Assembly (NCBI GenBank): GCA_036785375.1
Contig: JAWMAR010000353.1
Location: 2,356,001 to 2,420,000 of the forward strand
Direction of reading: 5' to 3'
From: Leucoraja ocellata
Lineage: Eukaryota
DNA length: 64,000 nt
Position 1 is the stretch's first letter. Each line of letters starts with the position of its first letter. Below the pieces are notes generated by a model. That model searched no databases and was not told the DNA's origin. It worked only from the letters and a program-made list of their open reading frames with translations. Below are positions 49,348 through 64,000 of the stretch, piece by piece. Position numbers and translations under genes: made by a program.

Positions 49348-51545
49348 TAAACATAAAAACATAGAAAATAGGTGCAGGCGGAGGTCGTTTGGCCTATCGA
49401 GCACAAACCGTCATTCAATGTGATCGTCCAAAATCATTACCCCGTTCTTGCTTTCTCCCCATATCCCTTGATTCCATTAGCCCCAAGCGCTATATCTAGC
49501 TCTCTCTTGAAAACATCCAGTGAATTGGCCTCCACTGCCTTCTGAGGCAGAGAATTCCACAAATTCACAACTCTCTTGCTAAAAAAAAGGTTTTCCTCAT
49601 CTCAGTACTAAATGGCCTAATCCTTATTCTTAAACCATGACCCATAGGTCTGAACCCCCAATATCAGGAACATTTTTCCTGCATCCAGCCTGTCCAAACC
49701 CTTAAGAATTATATATCTTTCTATAAGATCTCCTCTCATCCATCTTAATCCCTTCATTTAAGCCCAGTCGATCCATTCTTTCATCATATGTCTGTCCAGA
49801 CATCCCGGGAATTAACCCTGTGAACCTACGCTGTGCTCATTCATTGACACGAATGTCCTTCCGCAAATTAGGAGACCAAAATTGCACCAGATGCTCAGGT
49901 GTGTTCTCACCAGAGCCCTGTACAACCCACTACCAATGTCAGGCTAACTGGTCTATAATTCCCTGTTTTCTCTTTCCCCTCTTTCTTAAAAGGTGGGGTT
50001 ACATTAGGTACCCTCCAGTTCACTGGAACTAATCAAATGTCTATAGAACATTGGAAAATGATTACCAATACATGCGCGATTTCGAGGGCCACCTCCTTGT
50101 GTTGTTTCGGATGCAGACCATCAGGCCCTGGGGATTTACATGTCTTCTGTCCCAACAGTTTACCTAACAACATTTCTCTGAATCATGTGGATTCCCTTCA
50201 CTTCCTCCCTCCCACTAGATCCTCGGTCCCCTTGTATTTCTGGAAGATTGTTTGTGTCTTCCTTAGTGAAGACAGAACCAAAGTATTTGTGTAACTGGTC
50301 TGCCAATTTCTTGTTTCCCAGTATAAATTAACCTGTTTCTGACTGTAAGGGGCCTATATTTGTCTTCACTAATATTTCCCCCGCAAGTTTCCTTTCATGC
50401 TCTATTTACCCCCACTTAATTCATCCATTTGTCCTCCTCTGTTAAATATTAAATTTAAATTTCTCCCAGTTTGTTGCTTTATCTGGCCAATTTATATGCC
50501 TCAGAATCAGAATCAATTTATTTGTCATTTGGACCCCTGGAGGTCCAAACGAAATGCCGTTTCTGCAGCCATACATACCACACAAATAGACCCCAGACAC
50601 AACATAATTACATTTAACATAAACATCCATCACATAACTGTGATGGAGGCCAAATAAACGTATCTCTCCACTGCACTCTCCCCCCCCCCCGATGTCAGAG
50701 TCAAAGTCATAGCCCCCGGCTGGCGATGGCGATTGTCCCGCGGCCATTAAAGCCACGCCGGGTGGTGCGAGGTCGCACACCGGGTCTTGGTGTTGGTGCC
50801 CCCGGTGTGCGCTCGTAAAGTCCCGCAGCCGTTCCAGCCGCGCAGGGCAGCGGTGTCAGGCCCCGCTCCAGGAGCTCTTCGACCCCGCAACTCGGGCGGG
50901 AGAAGTCGCCGCCGCAGAAGCCCCGAAAAACGGTCTCCCTCCAGGGAGCCGTGGGCTCGGCGCCGTCCACAGACCTGTAGAGAGCCTCCGGCAGCAGCAG
51001 CAGCAGCAACAGCGCCAGCAGCAGCAGCAGCAGCAACAGCACCAGCAGCAGCAGCAACAGCACCAGCAGCAGCAGCGCTCCTCCACCGCTCCGGACTCGG
51101 CCAGCTCCCGACGGTGAGGTGAGTCGACACCTGAGCCCCCGGTCTCTTCCCGTTGGAGGCCGCTCCTCGTTACGGCCTCAACGACGACTGAGACCCGACG
51201 AGAAAAGGTCGGGTCTCAGTGCAGGGAGAGATTCAAAAAGTTTCCCCCCCCCTCCCACCCCACCCCCACCCCCCCACACACACACCCCAACATAAAATAA
51301 CAAACACTACATAAAAACACAGACAAAAATAATAAAAACGCGGACAGGCTGCAGAGGCCGCTGCTGGCCAGAGCCGCGCCGCCTACCTGGATTTAATATT
51401 CCCTAATTTCCATTATTTGCCACGGTTGAGCCACCTTCCCTGTTTTATTTTTACACCTGACGGGTGAACAATTGGTGCAATTCATCCATAGGATCTTTAA
51501 ATGTTTGCCATTGCATATCTATCATCAAGCCTTTAAGTATCATTT
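49348..51545 (-). mobile_element. Old deleted CR1, interrupted by the 50501-51384 insertion
   Basis: Collinear patchy similarity to the CR1 at 8910-11100. Confidence 0.8.
50501..51384 (-). mobile_element. Non-coding ~0.88-kb retroelement, copy 2, with expanded CAG tract
   Basis: Same ends as copy 1; (CAGAAT)n tail; imperfect CAG repeat at about 50990-51076. Confidence 0.8.
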
Positions 51546-52129
51546 CAATTCAATTCAATTCAATTCAACTTTAATGTCATTGCACAAATACGAGTATGGG
51601 TACAACGAAATGCAGTTTAGCGTCAGTCCGTAGTATAGTGCAATATAGAAATAAAAATAAAAATACAGAATAATCAAACAATAATCGAAATCGAACAATG
51701 TGGACGGAGAGACTGGAGAAATCTATCAGCGGGACTCCGAGTTCAGCAATGTGACAGATGTTTCAGGTTGGGATCCTTCAGACTGAGAGAGTAGTGGAGA
51801 CATCTGGAAAGATGTGGGAGCAGGACAAAAGCTGGCAAGTGATGTGGATAGACACAAATGCTGGAGTAATTCAGTGAGACGGGCAGCATCATGGGAGAGA
51901 AGGAATGGGTGATGTTTCAGGTAGAGGCTGTCCTTCAGACAATAAATACAAGCAATTGGCACTTGGTGGAGCAATGACAAAGGCGAGAGGTGAAGAGGTG
52001 ACAAAAGGTTTAGATAAGGAGAGAGAGAGATGTGAAGCTGGAGGGCGGGATATGGGTCGAAGGGTAAAGAGGCAAAGATGAATGTCAGGAATGGGAGATG
52101 AGTGTGGAAAGAGGGGAAGGTGCAGGGTG

Positions 52130-55100
52130 AATACATAGAGACACATAGAGACATAGACGCATACATACATAGAGACATAGAAACATAGGGACATAGACAC
52201 ATAGACACATATACACATAGACACATAGGGACATAGACACATAGACACATAGAGACATAGAGACACATAGACACATAGACACATAGAGACATAGACACAT
52301 AGACACATAGAGACACATAGAGACATAGAGACACATAGAGACATAGAGACATAGAGACATAGAGACATAGAGACATAGACACATAGACACATAGAGACAT
52401 AGAGACACATAGACCCATAGACACATAGACACATAGACACATAGAGACATAGACACATAGACCCATAGACACATAGACACATAGAGACAGACACATAGAG
52501 ACACATAGAGACATAGAGACATGGAGACATATAGAGACATAGAGACATAGACACATAGAGACATAGAGACATAGAGACACATAGAGACATAGACACATAG
52601 ACACATAGACACATAAACACATAGAGACATAGACACATAGACACATAGACACATAGACACATAGACACATAGAGACATAGAGACATAGAGACACATAGAC
52701 CCATAGACACCTAGACACATAGACACATAGACACATAGACACATAGACACATAGAGACATAGAGACACATAGAGACATAGAGACACATAGACCCATAGAC
52801 ACATAGACACATAGACACATAGAGACATAGAGACACATAGAGACATAGAGACACATAGACCCATAGACACATAGACACATAGACACATAGACACATAGAG
52901 ACATAGAGACACATAGAGACATAGAGACACATAGACACATAGAGACATAGACACATAGACACATAGACCCATAGACACATAGACACATAGACACATAGAG
53001 ACATAGAGACACATAGAAACATAGAGACACATAGACACATAGAGACATAGACACATAGACACATAGACACATAGAGACATAGAGACACATAGAGACATAG
53101 AGACACATAGACCCATAGACACATAGACACATAGACACATAGACACATAGACACACAGAGACATAGAGACACATAGACCCATAGACACATAGACACATAG
53201 ACACATAGATACATAGACACATAGACACATAGAGACATAGAGACATAGAGACACATAGAGACATAGAGACACATAGAGACATAGAGACACATAGAGACAT
53301 AGAGACATAGAGACATAGAGACATAGACACATAGACACATAGACACATAGAGACACATAGAGACATAGAGACATAGAGATATAGATACATAGATACATAG
53401 ACACATAGACACATAGAGACATAGACACATAGAGACACATAGACACATAGAGACATAGAGACATAGACACATAGACACATAGACACATAGACACATAGAC
53501 ACATAGACACATAGACACATAGAGACATAGAGACATAGAGACATAGATACATAGACACATAGACACATAGACACATAGACACATAGAGACACATAGAGAC
53601 ATAGAGACACATAGAGACATAGAGACACATAGACACATAGACACATAGACACATAGACACATAGAGACATAGACACATAGAGACATAGAGACATAGAGAC
53701 AGAGACACATAGAGACATACAGACATACACATAAAGACATAGACACATAGAGACATAGAGACATAGACACATAGACACATAGACACATAGAAACATAGAA
53801 ACACATATAGACATAGAGACATTGACACATAGACACATAGACACATAGACACATAGAGACATAGAAACACATAGAGACATAGACACATAGACACATAGAC
53901 ACATAGAGACATATACACATAGAGACATATACACATAGACACATAGACACATAGACACATAGACACATAGACACATAGACACATAGAAACACATAGAGAC
54001 ATAGAGACATTGACACATAGACACATAGAGACATTGACACATAGACACATAGACACATAGACACATAGAGACATAGAGACATAGAGACACATAGAGACAT
54101 AGAGACACATAGAGACATAGAGACACATAGAGACATAGAGACATAGAGACATAGAGACATAGAGACATAGATACATAGACACATAGACACATAGAGACAT
54201 AGACACATAGAGACACATAGACACATAGAGACATAGAGACATAGACACATAGACACATAGACACATAGACACATAGAGACATAGAGACATAAACACATAG
54301 ATACATAGACACATAGACACATAGAGACATAGACACATAGAGACACATAGAGACATAGAGACACATAGAGACATAGAGACACATAGACACATAGACACAT
54401 AGACACATAGAGACATAGACACATAGAGACATAGAGACATAGAGACAGAGACACATAGAGACATACAGACAGACACATAGAGACATAGACACATAGAGAC
54501 ATAGAGACATAGACACATAGACACATAGACACATAGAAACACATAGAGACATAGAGACATTGACACATAGAGACATAGAGACATAGAGACAGAGACACAT
54601 AGAGACATACAGACAGACACATAGAGACATAGACACATAGACACATAGAGACATATACACATAGAGACATATACACATAGACACATAGACACATAGACAC
54701 ATAGACACATAGACACATAGACACATAGAAACACATAGAGACATAGAGACATTGACACAGACACATAGACACATAGACACATAGAGACATAGAAACACAT
54801 AGAGACATAGACACATAGACACATAGAGACATTGACACATAGACACATAGACACATAGACACATAGAGACATAGAAACACATAGAGACATAGACACATAG
54901 ACACATAGACACATAGACACATAGAGACATAGAAACACATAGAGACATAGACACATAGACACATAGAGACACATAGAGACATAGAGACACATAGACCCAT
55001 AGACACATAGACACATAGACACATAGACACATAGAGACATAGAGACACATAGAGACATAGAGACACATAGACACATAGAGACATAGACACATAGACACAT

Positions 55101-57760
55101 AGACCCATAGACACATAGACACATAGACATATAGAGACATAGAGACACATAGAAACATAGAGACACATAGACACATAGAGACATAGACACATAGACACAT
55201 AGACACATAGAGACATAGAGACACATAGAGACATAGAGACACATAGACCCATAGACACATAGACACATAGACACATAGAGACATAGAGACAGATAGACCC
55301 ATAGACACATATACACATAGACACATAGACACATAGACACATAGAGACATAGAGACACATAGACCCATAGACACATAGACACATAGACACATAGATACAT
55401 AGACACATAGACACATAGAGACATAGAGACATAGAGACACATAGAGACATAGAGACACATAGAGACATAGAGACACATAGAGACATAGAGACATAGAGAC
55501 ATAGAGACATAGACACATAGACACATAGAGACACATAGAGACATAGAGACATAGAGACATAGAGACATAGATACATAGACACATAGACACATAGAGACAT
55601 AGACACATAGAGACACATAGACACATAGAGACATAGAGACATAGACACATAGACACATAGACACATAGACACATAGACACATAGACACATAGACACATAT
55701 AGACATAGAGACATAGAGACATAGATACATAGACACATAGACACATAGAGACATAGACACATAGAGACACATAGAGACATAGAGACACATAGAGACATAG
55801 AGACACATAGACACATAGACACATAGACACATAGACACATAGAGACATAGACACATAGAGACATAGAGACATAGAGACAGAGACACATAGAGACATACAG
55901 ACATACACATAAAGACATAGACACATAGAGACATAGAGACATAGACACATAGACACATAGACACATAGAAACATAGAAACACATATAGACATAGAGACAT
56001 TGACACATAGACACATAGACACATAGACACATAGAGACATAGAAACACATAGAGACATAGACACATAGACACATAGACACATAGAGACATATACACATAG
56101 AGTCATATACACATAGACACATAGACACATAGACACATAGACACATAGACACATAGAAACACATAGAGACATAGAGACATTGACACATAGACACATAGAG
56201 ACATTGACACATAGACACATAGACACATAGAGACATAGAGACATAGAGACACATAGAGACATAGAGACACATAGAGACATAGAGACACATAGAGACATAG
56301 AGACATAGAGACATAGAGACATAGAGACATAGATACATAGACACATAGACACATAGAGACATAGACACATAGAGACACATAGACACATAGAGACATAGAG
56401 ACATAGACACATAGACACATAGACACATAGACACATAGAGACATAGAGACATAGAGACATAGATACATAGACACATAGACACATAGAGACATAGACACAT
56501 AGAGACACATAGAGACATAGAGACACATAGAGACATAGAGACACATAGACACATAGACACATAGACACATAGAGACATAGACACATAGAGACATAGAGAC
56601 ATAGAGACGGAGACACATAGAGACATACAGACAGACACATAGAGACATAGACACATAGAGACATAGAGACATAGACACATAGACACATAGACACATAGAA
56701 ACACATAGAGACATAGAGACATTGACACATAGAGACATAGAGACATAGAGACAGAGACACATAGAGACATACAGACAGACACATAGAGACATAGACACAT
56801 AGACACATAGAGACATATACACATAGAGACATATACACATAGACACATAGACACATAGACACATAGACACATAGACACATAGAAACACATAGAGACATAG
56901 AGACATTGACACATAGACACATAGACACATAGACACATAGAGACATAGAAACACATAGAGACATAGACACATAGACACATAGAGACATTGACACATAGAC
57001 ACATAGACACATAGACACATAGAGACATAGAAACACATAGAGACATAGACACATAGACACATAGACACATAGACACATAGAGACATAGAAACACATAGAG
57101 ACATAGACACATAGACACATAGAGACACATAGAGACATAGAGACACATAGAGACATAGAGACACATAGACACATAGACACATAGACACATAGAGATATAG
57201 ACACATAGAGACATAGAGACATAGAGACAGAGACACATAGAGACATACAGACAGACACATAGAGACATAGACACATAGAGACATAGAGACATAGACACAT
57301 AGACACATAGACACATAGAGACATAGAGACATAGAGACACATAGAGACATAGAGACACATAGAGACATAGAGACACATAGAGACATATACACATAGACAC
57401 ATAGACACATAGACACATAACATAGACACATAGAAACACATAGACACATAGAGACATAGAAACACATAGAGACATTGACACATAGACACATAGACACATA
57501 GACACATAGACACATAGAGACATAGAAACACATAGAGACATAGACACATAGACACATAGAGACATAGAGACATAGAGACATAGAGACATAGACCCATAGA
57601 CACATAGAGACATAGACACATAGAGACATAGAGACATAGACACATAGACACATAGACACATAGACAAATAGACACATAGAGACATAGAGACATAGAAACA
57701 TAGAGACATAGACACATAGACACATAGACACATAGAGACATAGACATAGAGACATAGACC
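52130..57760 (+). repeat. Satellite array, left arm: (ACATAGAC/ACATAGAG) 8-mers and 10-mers
   Basis: Directly visible tandem array of about 5.6 kb. Confidence 0.97.
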
Positions 57761-57789
57761 TGACACATTGTGCAAAATTAAAAGGATCA

Positions 57790-60700
57790 ATATGTCTCTA
57801 TGTGTCTCTATGTGTCTATGTGTCTCTATGTCTCTATGTGTCTCTATGTCTCTATGTGTCTATGTGTCTATGTGTCTATGTGTCGATGTCTCTATGTGTC
57901 TCTATGTCTCTATGTGTCTCTATGTCTCTATGTGTCTCTATGTCTCTATGTGTCTCTATGTCTCTATGTGTCTCTATGTCTCTATGTGTCTATGTGTCTA
58001 TGTGTCTATGTGTCAATGTCTCTATGTCTCTATGTGTTTCTATGTGTCTATGTTATGTGTCTATGTGTCTATGTGTATATGTCTCTATGTGTATATGTCT
58101 CTATGTGTCTATGTGTCTATGTGTCTGTCTCTATGTGTTTCTATGTTTCTATGTGTCTATGTGTCTATGTGTCTATGTCTCTATGTCTCTATGTGTCTAT
58201 GTCTCTATGTGTCTGTCTGTATGTCTCTATGTGTCTCTGTCTCTATGTCTCTATGTCTCTATGTGTCTATGTCTCTATGTGTCTATGTGTCTATGTGTCT
58301 ATGTGTCTCTATGTCTCTATGTGTCTCTATGTCTCTATGTGTCTCTATGTGTCTATGTGTCTATGTCTCTATGTGTTTCTATGTCTCTATGTGTCTATGT
58401 GTCTATGTGTCTATGTGTCTATGTCTCTATGTGTTTCTATGTCTCTATGTGTCTATGTGTCTATGTGTCTATGTGTCAATGTCTCTATGTGTCTATGTGT
58501 CTATGTCTCTATGTGTTTCTATGTCTCTATGTGTCTATGTGTCTATGTGTCTATGTGTCAATGTCTCTATGTCTCTATGTGATTCTATGTGTCTATGTGT
58601 CTATGTGTCTATGTGTCTATGTGTCTATGTGTATATGTCTCTATGTGTATATGTCTCTATGTGTCTATGTGTCTATGTCTCTATGTGTCTGTCTGTATGT
58701 CTCTATGTGTCTCTGTCTCTATGTCTCTATGTCTCTATGTGTCAATGTCTCTATGTCTCTATGTGTTTCTATGTGTCTATGTGTCTATGTGTCTATGTCT
58801 CTATGTCTCTATGTGTCTATGTCTCTATGTGTCTGTCTGTATGTCTCTATGTGTCTCTGTCTCTATGTCTCTATGTCTCTATGTGTCTATGTCTCTATGT
58901 GTCTATGTGTCTATGTGTCTATGTGTCTCTATGTCTCTATGTGTCTCTATGTCTCTATGTGTCTCTATGTGTCTATGTCTCTATGTGTCTATGTGTCTAT
59001 GTATCTATGTCTCTATGTCTCTATGTCTCTATGTGTCTATGTGTCTATGTGTCTATGTCTCTATGTCTCTATGTGTCTATGTGTCTCTATGTGTCTATGT
59101 CTCTATGTGTCTATGTGTCTATGTATCTATGTCTCTATGTCTCTATGTCTCTATGTCTCTATGTCTCTATGTGTCTCTATGTCTCTATGTGTCTCTATGT
59201 CTCTATGTGTCTCTATGTCTCTATGTGTCTATGTGTCTATGTGTCTATGTGTCTATGTGTCAATGTCTCTATGTGTCTATGTGTCAATGTCTCTATGTCT
59301 CTATGTGTTTCTATGTGTCTATGTGTCTATGTGTCTATGTGTCTATGTGTCTATGTGTTTATGTGTATATGTCTCTATGTGTATATGTCTCTATGTGTCT
59401 ATGTGTCTATGTGTCTATGTCTCTATGTGTTTCTATGTCTCTATGTGTCTATGTGTCTATGTGTCTATGTGTCAATGTCTCTATGTCTATATGTGTTTCT
59501 ATGTTTCTATGTGTCTATGTGTCTATGTGTCTATGTCTCTATGTCTCTATGTGTCTATGTCTTTATGTGTATGTCTGTATGTCTCTATGTGTCTCTGTCT
59601 CTATGTCTCTATGTCTCTATGTGTCTATGTCTCTATGTGTCTACGTGTCTATGTGTCTATGTGTCTATGTGTCTCTATGTCTCTATGTGTCTCTATGTCT
59701 CTATGTGTCTCTATGTGTCTATGTCTCTATGTGTCTATGTGTCTATGTATCTATGTCTCTATGTCTCTATGTCTCTATGTGTCTATGTGTCTATGTGTCT
59801 ATGTGTCTATGTGTCTATGTGTCTATGTCTCTATGTCTCTATGTGTCTATGTGTCTCTATGTGTCTATGTCTCTATGTGTCTATGTGTCTATGTATCTAT
59901 GTATCTATGTCTCTATGTCTCTATGTCTCTATGTGTCTCTATGTGTCTATGTGTCTATGTGTCTATGTCTCTATGTCTCTATGTCTCTATGTGTCTCTAT
60001 GTCTCTATGTGTCTCTATGTCTCTATGTGTCTCTATGTCTCTATGTCTCTATGTGTCTATGTGTCTATGTATCTATGTGTCTATGTGTCTATGTGTCTAT
60101 GGGTCTATGTGTCTCTATGTCTCTATGTGTCTATGTGTCTATGTGTCTATGTGTCTATGTGTCTATGGGTCTATGTGTCTCTATGTCTCTATGTGTCTAT
60201 GTGTCTATGTGTCTATGGGTCTATGTGTCTCTATGTCTCTATGTGTCTCTATGTCTCTATGTGTCTATGTGTCTATGTGTCTATGTCTCTATGTGTCTAT
60301 GTGTCTCTATGTTTCTATGTGTCTCTATGTCTCTATGTGTCTATGTGTCTATGTGTCTATGGGTCTATGTGTCTATGTGTCTATGTCTCTATGTGTCTAT
60401 GTGTCTCTATGTCTCTATGTGTCTCTATGTCTCTATGTGTCTATGTGTCTATGTGTCTATGTGTCTATGGGTCTATGTGTCTCTATGTCTCTATGTGTCT
60501 CTATGTCTCTATGTGTCTATGTGTCTATGTGTCTATGGGTCTATGTGTCTCTATGTCTCTATGTGTCTCTATGTCTCTATGTGTCTATGTGTCTATGTGT
60601 CTATGTGTCTATGTGTCTAGGTGTCTATGGGTCTATGTGTCTCTATGTCTCTATGTCTCTATGTGTCTATGTGTCTATGTGTCTATTTGTCTGTGTCTCT

Positions 60701-63700
60701 ATGTCTCTATGTGTCTATGTGTCTATGTGTCTATGTGTCTATGTGTCTATGTCTCTATGTGTCTATGTGTCTATGTGTCTATGTGTCTATGTCTCTATGT
60801 GTCTCTATGTCTCTATGTCTCTATGTGTCTATGTCTCTATGTCTCTATATGTCTCCATGTCTCTATGTCTCTATGTGTCTCTATGTGTCTGTCTCTATGT
60901 GTCTATGTGTCTATGGGTCTATGTGTCTATGTCTCTATGTGTCTATGTGTCTATGTGTCTATGGGTCTATGTGTCTCTATGTCTCTATGTGTCTATGTGT
61001 CTATGTCTCTATGTGTCTATGTCTCTATGTCTCTATGTGTCTATGTGTCTATGTGTCTATGTGTCTATGTGTCTATGGGTCTATGTGTCTCTATGTCTCT
61101 ATGTGTCTATGTGTCTATGTGTCTATGGGTCTATGTGTCTCTATGTCTCTATGTGTCTCTATGTCTCTATGTGTCTATGTGTCTATGTGTCTATGGGTCT
61201 ATGTGTCTCTATGTCTCTATGTGTCTATGTGTCTATGTCTCTATGTGTCTATGTCTCTATGTCTCTATGTGTCTATGTGTCTATGTGTCTATGTGTCTAT
61301 GTCTCTATGTCTCTATGTGTCTATGTGTCTCTATGTGTCTATGTCTCTATGTGTCTATGTGTCTATGTATCTATGTCTCTATGTCTCTATGTCTCTATGT
61401 CTCTATGTCTCTATGTGTCTCTATGTCTCTATGTGTCTCTATGTCTCTATGTGTCTCTATGTCTCTATGTGTCTATGTGTCTATGTGTCTATGTGTCTAT
61501 GTGTCAATGTCTCTATGTGTCTATGTGTCAATGTCTCTATGTCTCTATGTGTTTCTATGTGTCTATGTGTCTATGTGTCTATGTGTCTATGTGTCTATGT
61601 GTTTATGTGTATATGTCTCTATGTGTATATGTCTCTATGTGTCTATGTGTCTATGTGTCTATGTCTCTATGTGTTTCTATGTCTCTATGTGTCTATGTGT
61701 CTATGTGTCTATGTGTCAATGTCTCTATGTCTATATGTGTTTCTATGTTTCTATGTGTCTATGTGTCTATGTGTCTATGTCTCTATGTCTCTATGTGTCT
61801 ATGTCTTTATGTGTATGTCTGTATGTCTCTATGTGTCTCTGTCTCTATGTCTCTATGTCTCTATGTGTCTATGTCTCTATGTGTCTACGTGTCTATGTGT
61901 CTATGTGTCTATGTGTCTCTATGTCTCTATGTGTCTCTATGTCTCTATGTGTCTCTATGTGTCTATGTCTCTATGTGTCTATGTGTCTATGTATCTATGT
62001 CTCTATGTCTCTATGTCTCTATGTGTCTATGTGTCTATGTGTCTATGTGTCTATGTGTCTATGTGTCTATGTCTCTATGTCTCTATGTGTCTATGTGTCT
62101 CTATGTGTCTATGTCTCTATGTGTCTATGTGTCTATGTATCTATGTATCTATGTCTCTACGTCTCTATGTCTCTATGTGTCTCTATGTGTCTATGTGTCT
62201 ATGTGTCTATGTCTCTATGTCTCTATGTCTCTATGTGTCTCTATGTCTCTATGTGTCTCTATGTCTCTATGTGTCTCTATGTCTCTATGTCTCTATGTGT
62301 CTATGTGTCTATGTATCTATGTGTCTATGTGTCTATGTGTCTATGGGTCTATGTGTCTCTATGTCTCTATGTGTCTATGTGTCTATGTGTCTATGTGTCT
62401 ATGTGTCTATGGGTCTATGTGTCTCTATGTCTCTATGTGTCTATGTGTCTATGTGTCTATGGGTCTATGTGTCTCTATGTCTCTATGTGTCTCTATGTCT
62501 CTATGTGTCTATGTGTCTATGTGTCTATGTCTCTATGTGTCTATGTGTCTCTATGTTTCTATGTGTCTCTATGTCTCTATGTGTCTATGTGTCTATGTGT
62601 CTATGGGTCTATGTGTCTATGTGTCTATGTCTCTATGTGTCTATGTGTCTCTATGTCTCTATGTGTCTCTATGTCTCTATGTGTCTATGTGTCTATGTGT
62701 CTATGTGTCTATGGGTCTATGTGTCTCTATGTCTCTATGTGTCTCTATGTCTCTATGTGTCTATGTGTCTATGTGTCTATGGGTCTATGTGTCTCTATGT
62801 CTCTATGTGTCTCTATGTCTCTATGTGTCTATGTGTCTATGTGTCTATGTGTCTATGTGTCTAGGTGTCTATGGGTCTATGTGTCTCTATGTCTCTATGT
62901 CTCTATGTGTCTATGTGTCTATGTGTCTATTTGTCTGTGTCTCTATGTCTCTATGTGTCTATGTGTCTATGTGTCTATGTGTCTATGTGTCTATGTCTCT
63001 ATGTGTCTATGTGTCTATGTGTCTATGTGTCTATGTCTCTATGTGTCTCTATGTCTCTATGTCTCTATGTGTCTATGTCTCTATGTCTCTATATGTCTCC
63101 ATGTCTCTATGTCTCTATGTGTCTCTATGTGTCTGTCTCTATGTGTCTATGTGTCTATGGGTCTATGTGTCTATGTCTCTATGTGTCTATGTGTCTATGT
63201 GTCTATGGGTCTATGTGTCTCTATGTCTCTATGTGTCTATGTGTCTATGTCTCTATGTGTCTATGTCTCTATGTCTCTATGTGTCTATGTGTCTATGTGT
63301 CTATGTGTCTATGTGTCTATGGGTCTATGTGTCTCTATGTCTCTATGTGTCTATGTGTCTATGTGTCTATGGGTCTATGTGTCTCTATGTCTCTATGTGT
63401 CTCTATGTCTCTATGTGTCTATGTGTCTATGTGTCTATGGGTCTATGTGTCTCTATGTCTCTATGTGTCTATGTCTCTATGTCTCTATGTCTCTATGTCT
63501 CTATGTCTCTATGTCTCTATGTGTCTCTATGTCTCTATGTGTCTCTGTGTGTCTATGTGTCTATGTCTCTATGTGTCTATGTGTCTATGTGTCTCTATGT
63601 CTCTATGTGTCTATGTGTCTATGTCTCTATGTGTCTATGTGTATATGTGTCTATGTGTCTATGTCCCTATGTTTCTATGTCTCTATGTATCTATGCGTCT

Positions 63701-64000
63701 ATGTCTCTATGTGTCTATGTCTCTATGTCTATGTCTCTATGTGTATATGTGTCTATGTGTCTATGTCTCTATGTGTCTATGTATCTATGTCTCTATGTGT
63801 CTATGTGTCTATGTGTCTCTATGTCTCTATGTGTCTATGTGTCTATGTCTCTATGTGTCTATGTGTCTATGTCTCTATGTCTCTATGTGTCTATGTGTCT
63901 ATGTGTCTATGTCTCTATGTGTCTATGCGTCTATGTCTCTATGTGTCTATGTCTCTATGTCTCTATGTGTCTCTATGTGTCTATGTCTCTATGTGTCTAT
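57790..64000 (-). repeat. Satellite array, right arm in inverted orientation (GTCTATGT/CTCTATGT), running off the window
   Basis: Reverse complement of the left-arm units, sharing rare variants. Confidence 0.97.

Noticed and set aside
50707-51130. Poly-Ala, poly-Leu and poly-Cys ORFs
   Set aside because: Frames of an imperfect CAG tract within a dispersed repeat
51726-62864. Very long ORFs (up to 1901 aa) of C/L/V/Y/S/M repeats
   Set aside because: Translations of a stop-poor satellite, open in several frames; not genes
52130-64000. CRISPR array or telomeric repeat
   Set aside because: Contiguous short units without unique spacers, not TTAGGG, in a eukaryotic context

Overview
Repeat-rich vertebrate genomic DNA with five assembly gaps. 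It is almost certainly from a cartilaginous fish, and probably a skate or ray (inferred from the Ig sequence and cluster layout). The core is one complete cluster-type IgM heavy-chain gene on the + strand (about 25.4-41.0 kb): leader, VH, JH, CH1-CH4 with secretory tailpiece, TM1 and TM2. All exons are open, with GT-AG junctions in compatible phase. The variable region lacks the usual V-D1-D2-J layout. V carries a short D-like tail ending in a 22-bp-spacer RSS, and only 315 bp later a 12-bp-spacer RSS leads straight into a D-like stub fused to JH. This looks like a half pre-assembled 'VD-DJ' gene needing one RAG event. The DJ stub also has an in-frame TAG that forces trimming. The flanks and introns hold many CR1 LINEs, three DIRS tyrosine-recombinase retrotransposon pieces (one with an open RT-RNaseH-methyltransferase ORF), and hAT, Harbinger-like and Helitron non-autonomous elements. 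There are also Penelope-like, Rex/Babar-like and HERO-like fragments. The last 12 kb is an 8/10-bp satellite arranged as a large inverted duplication.
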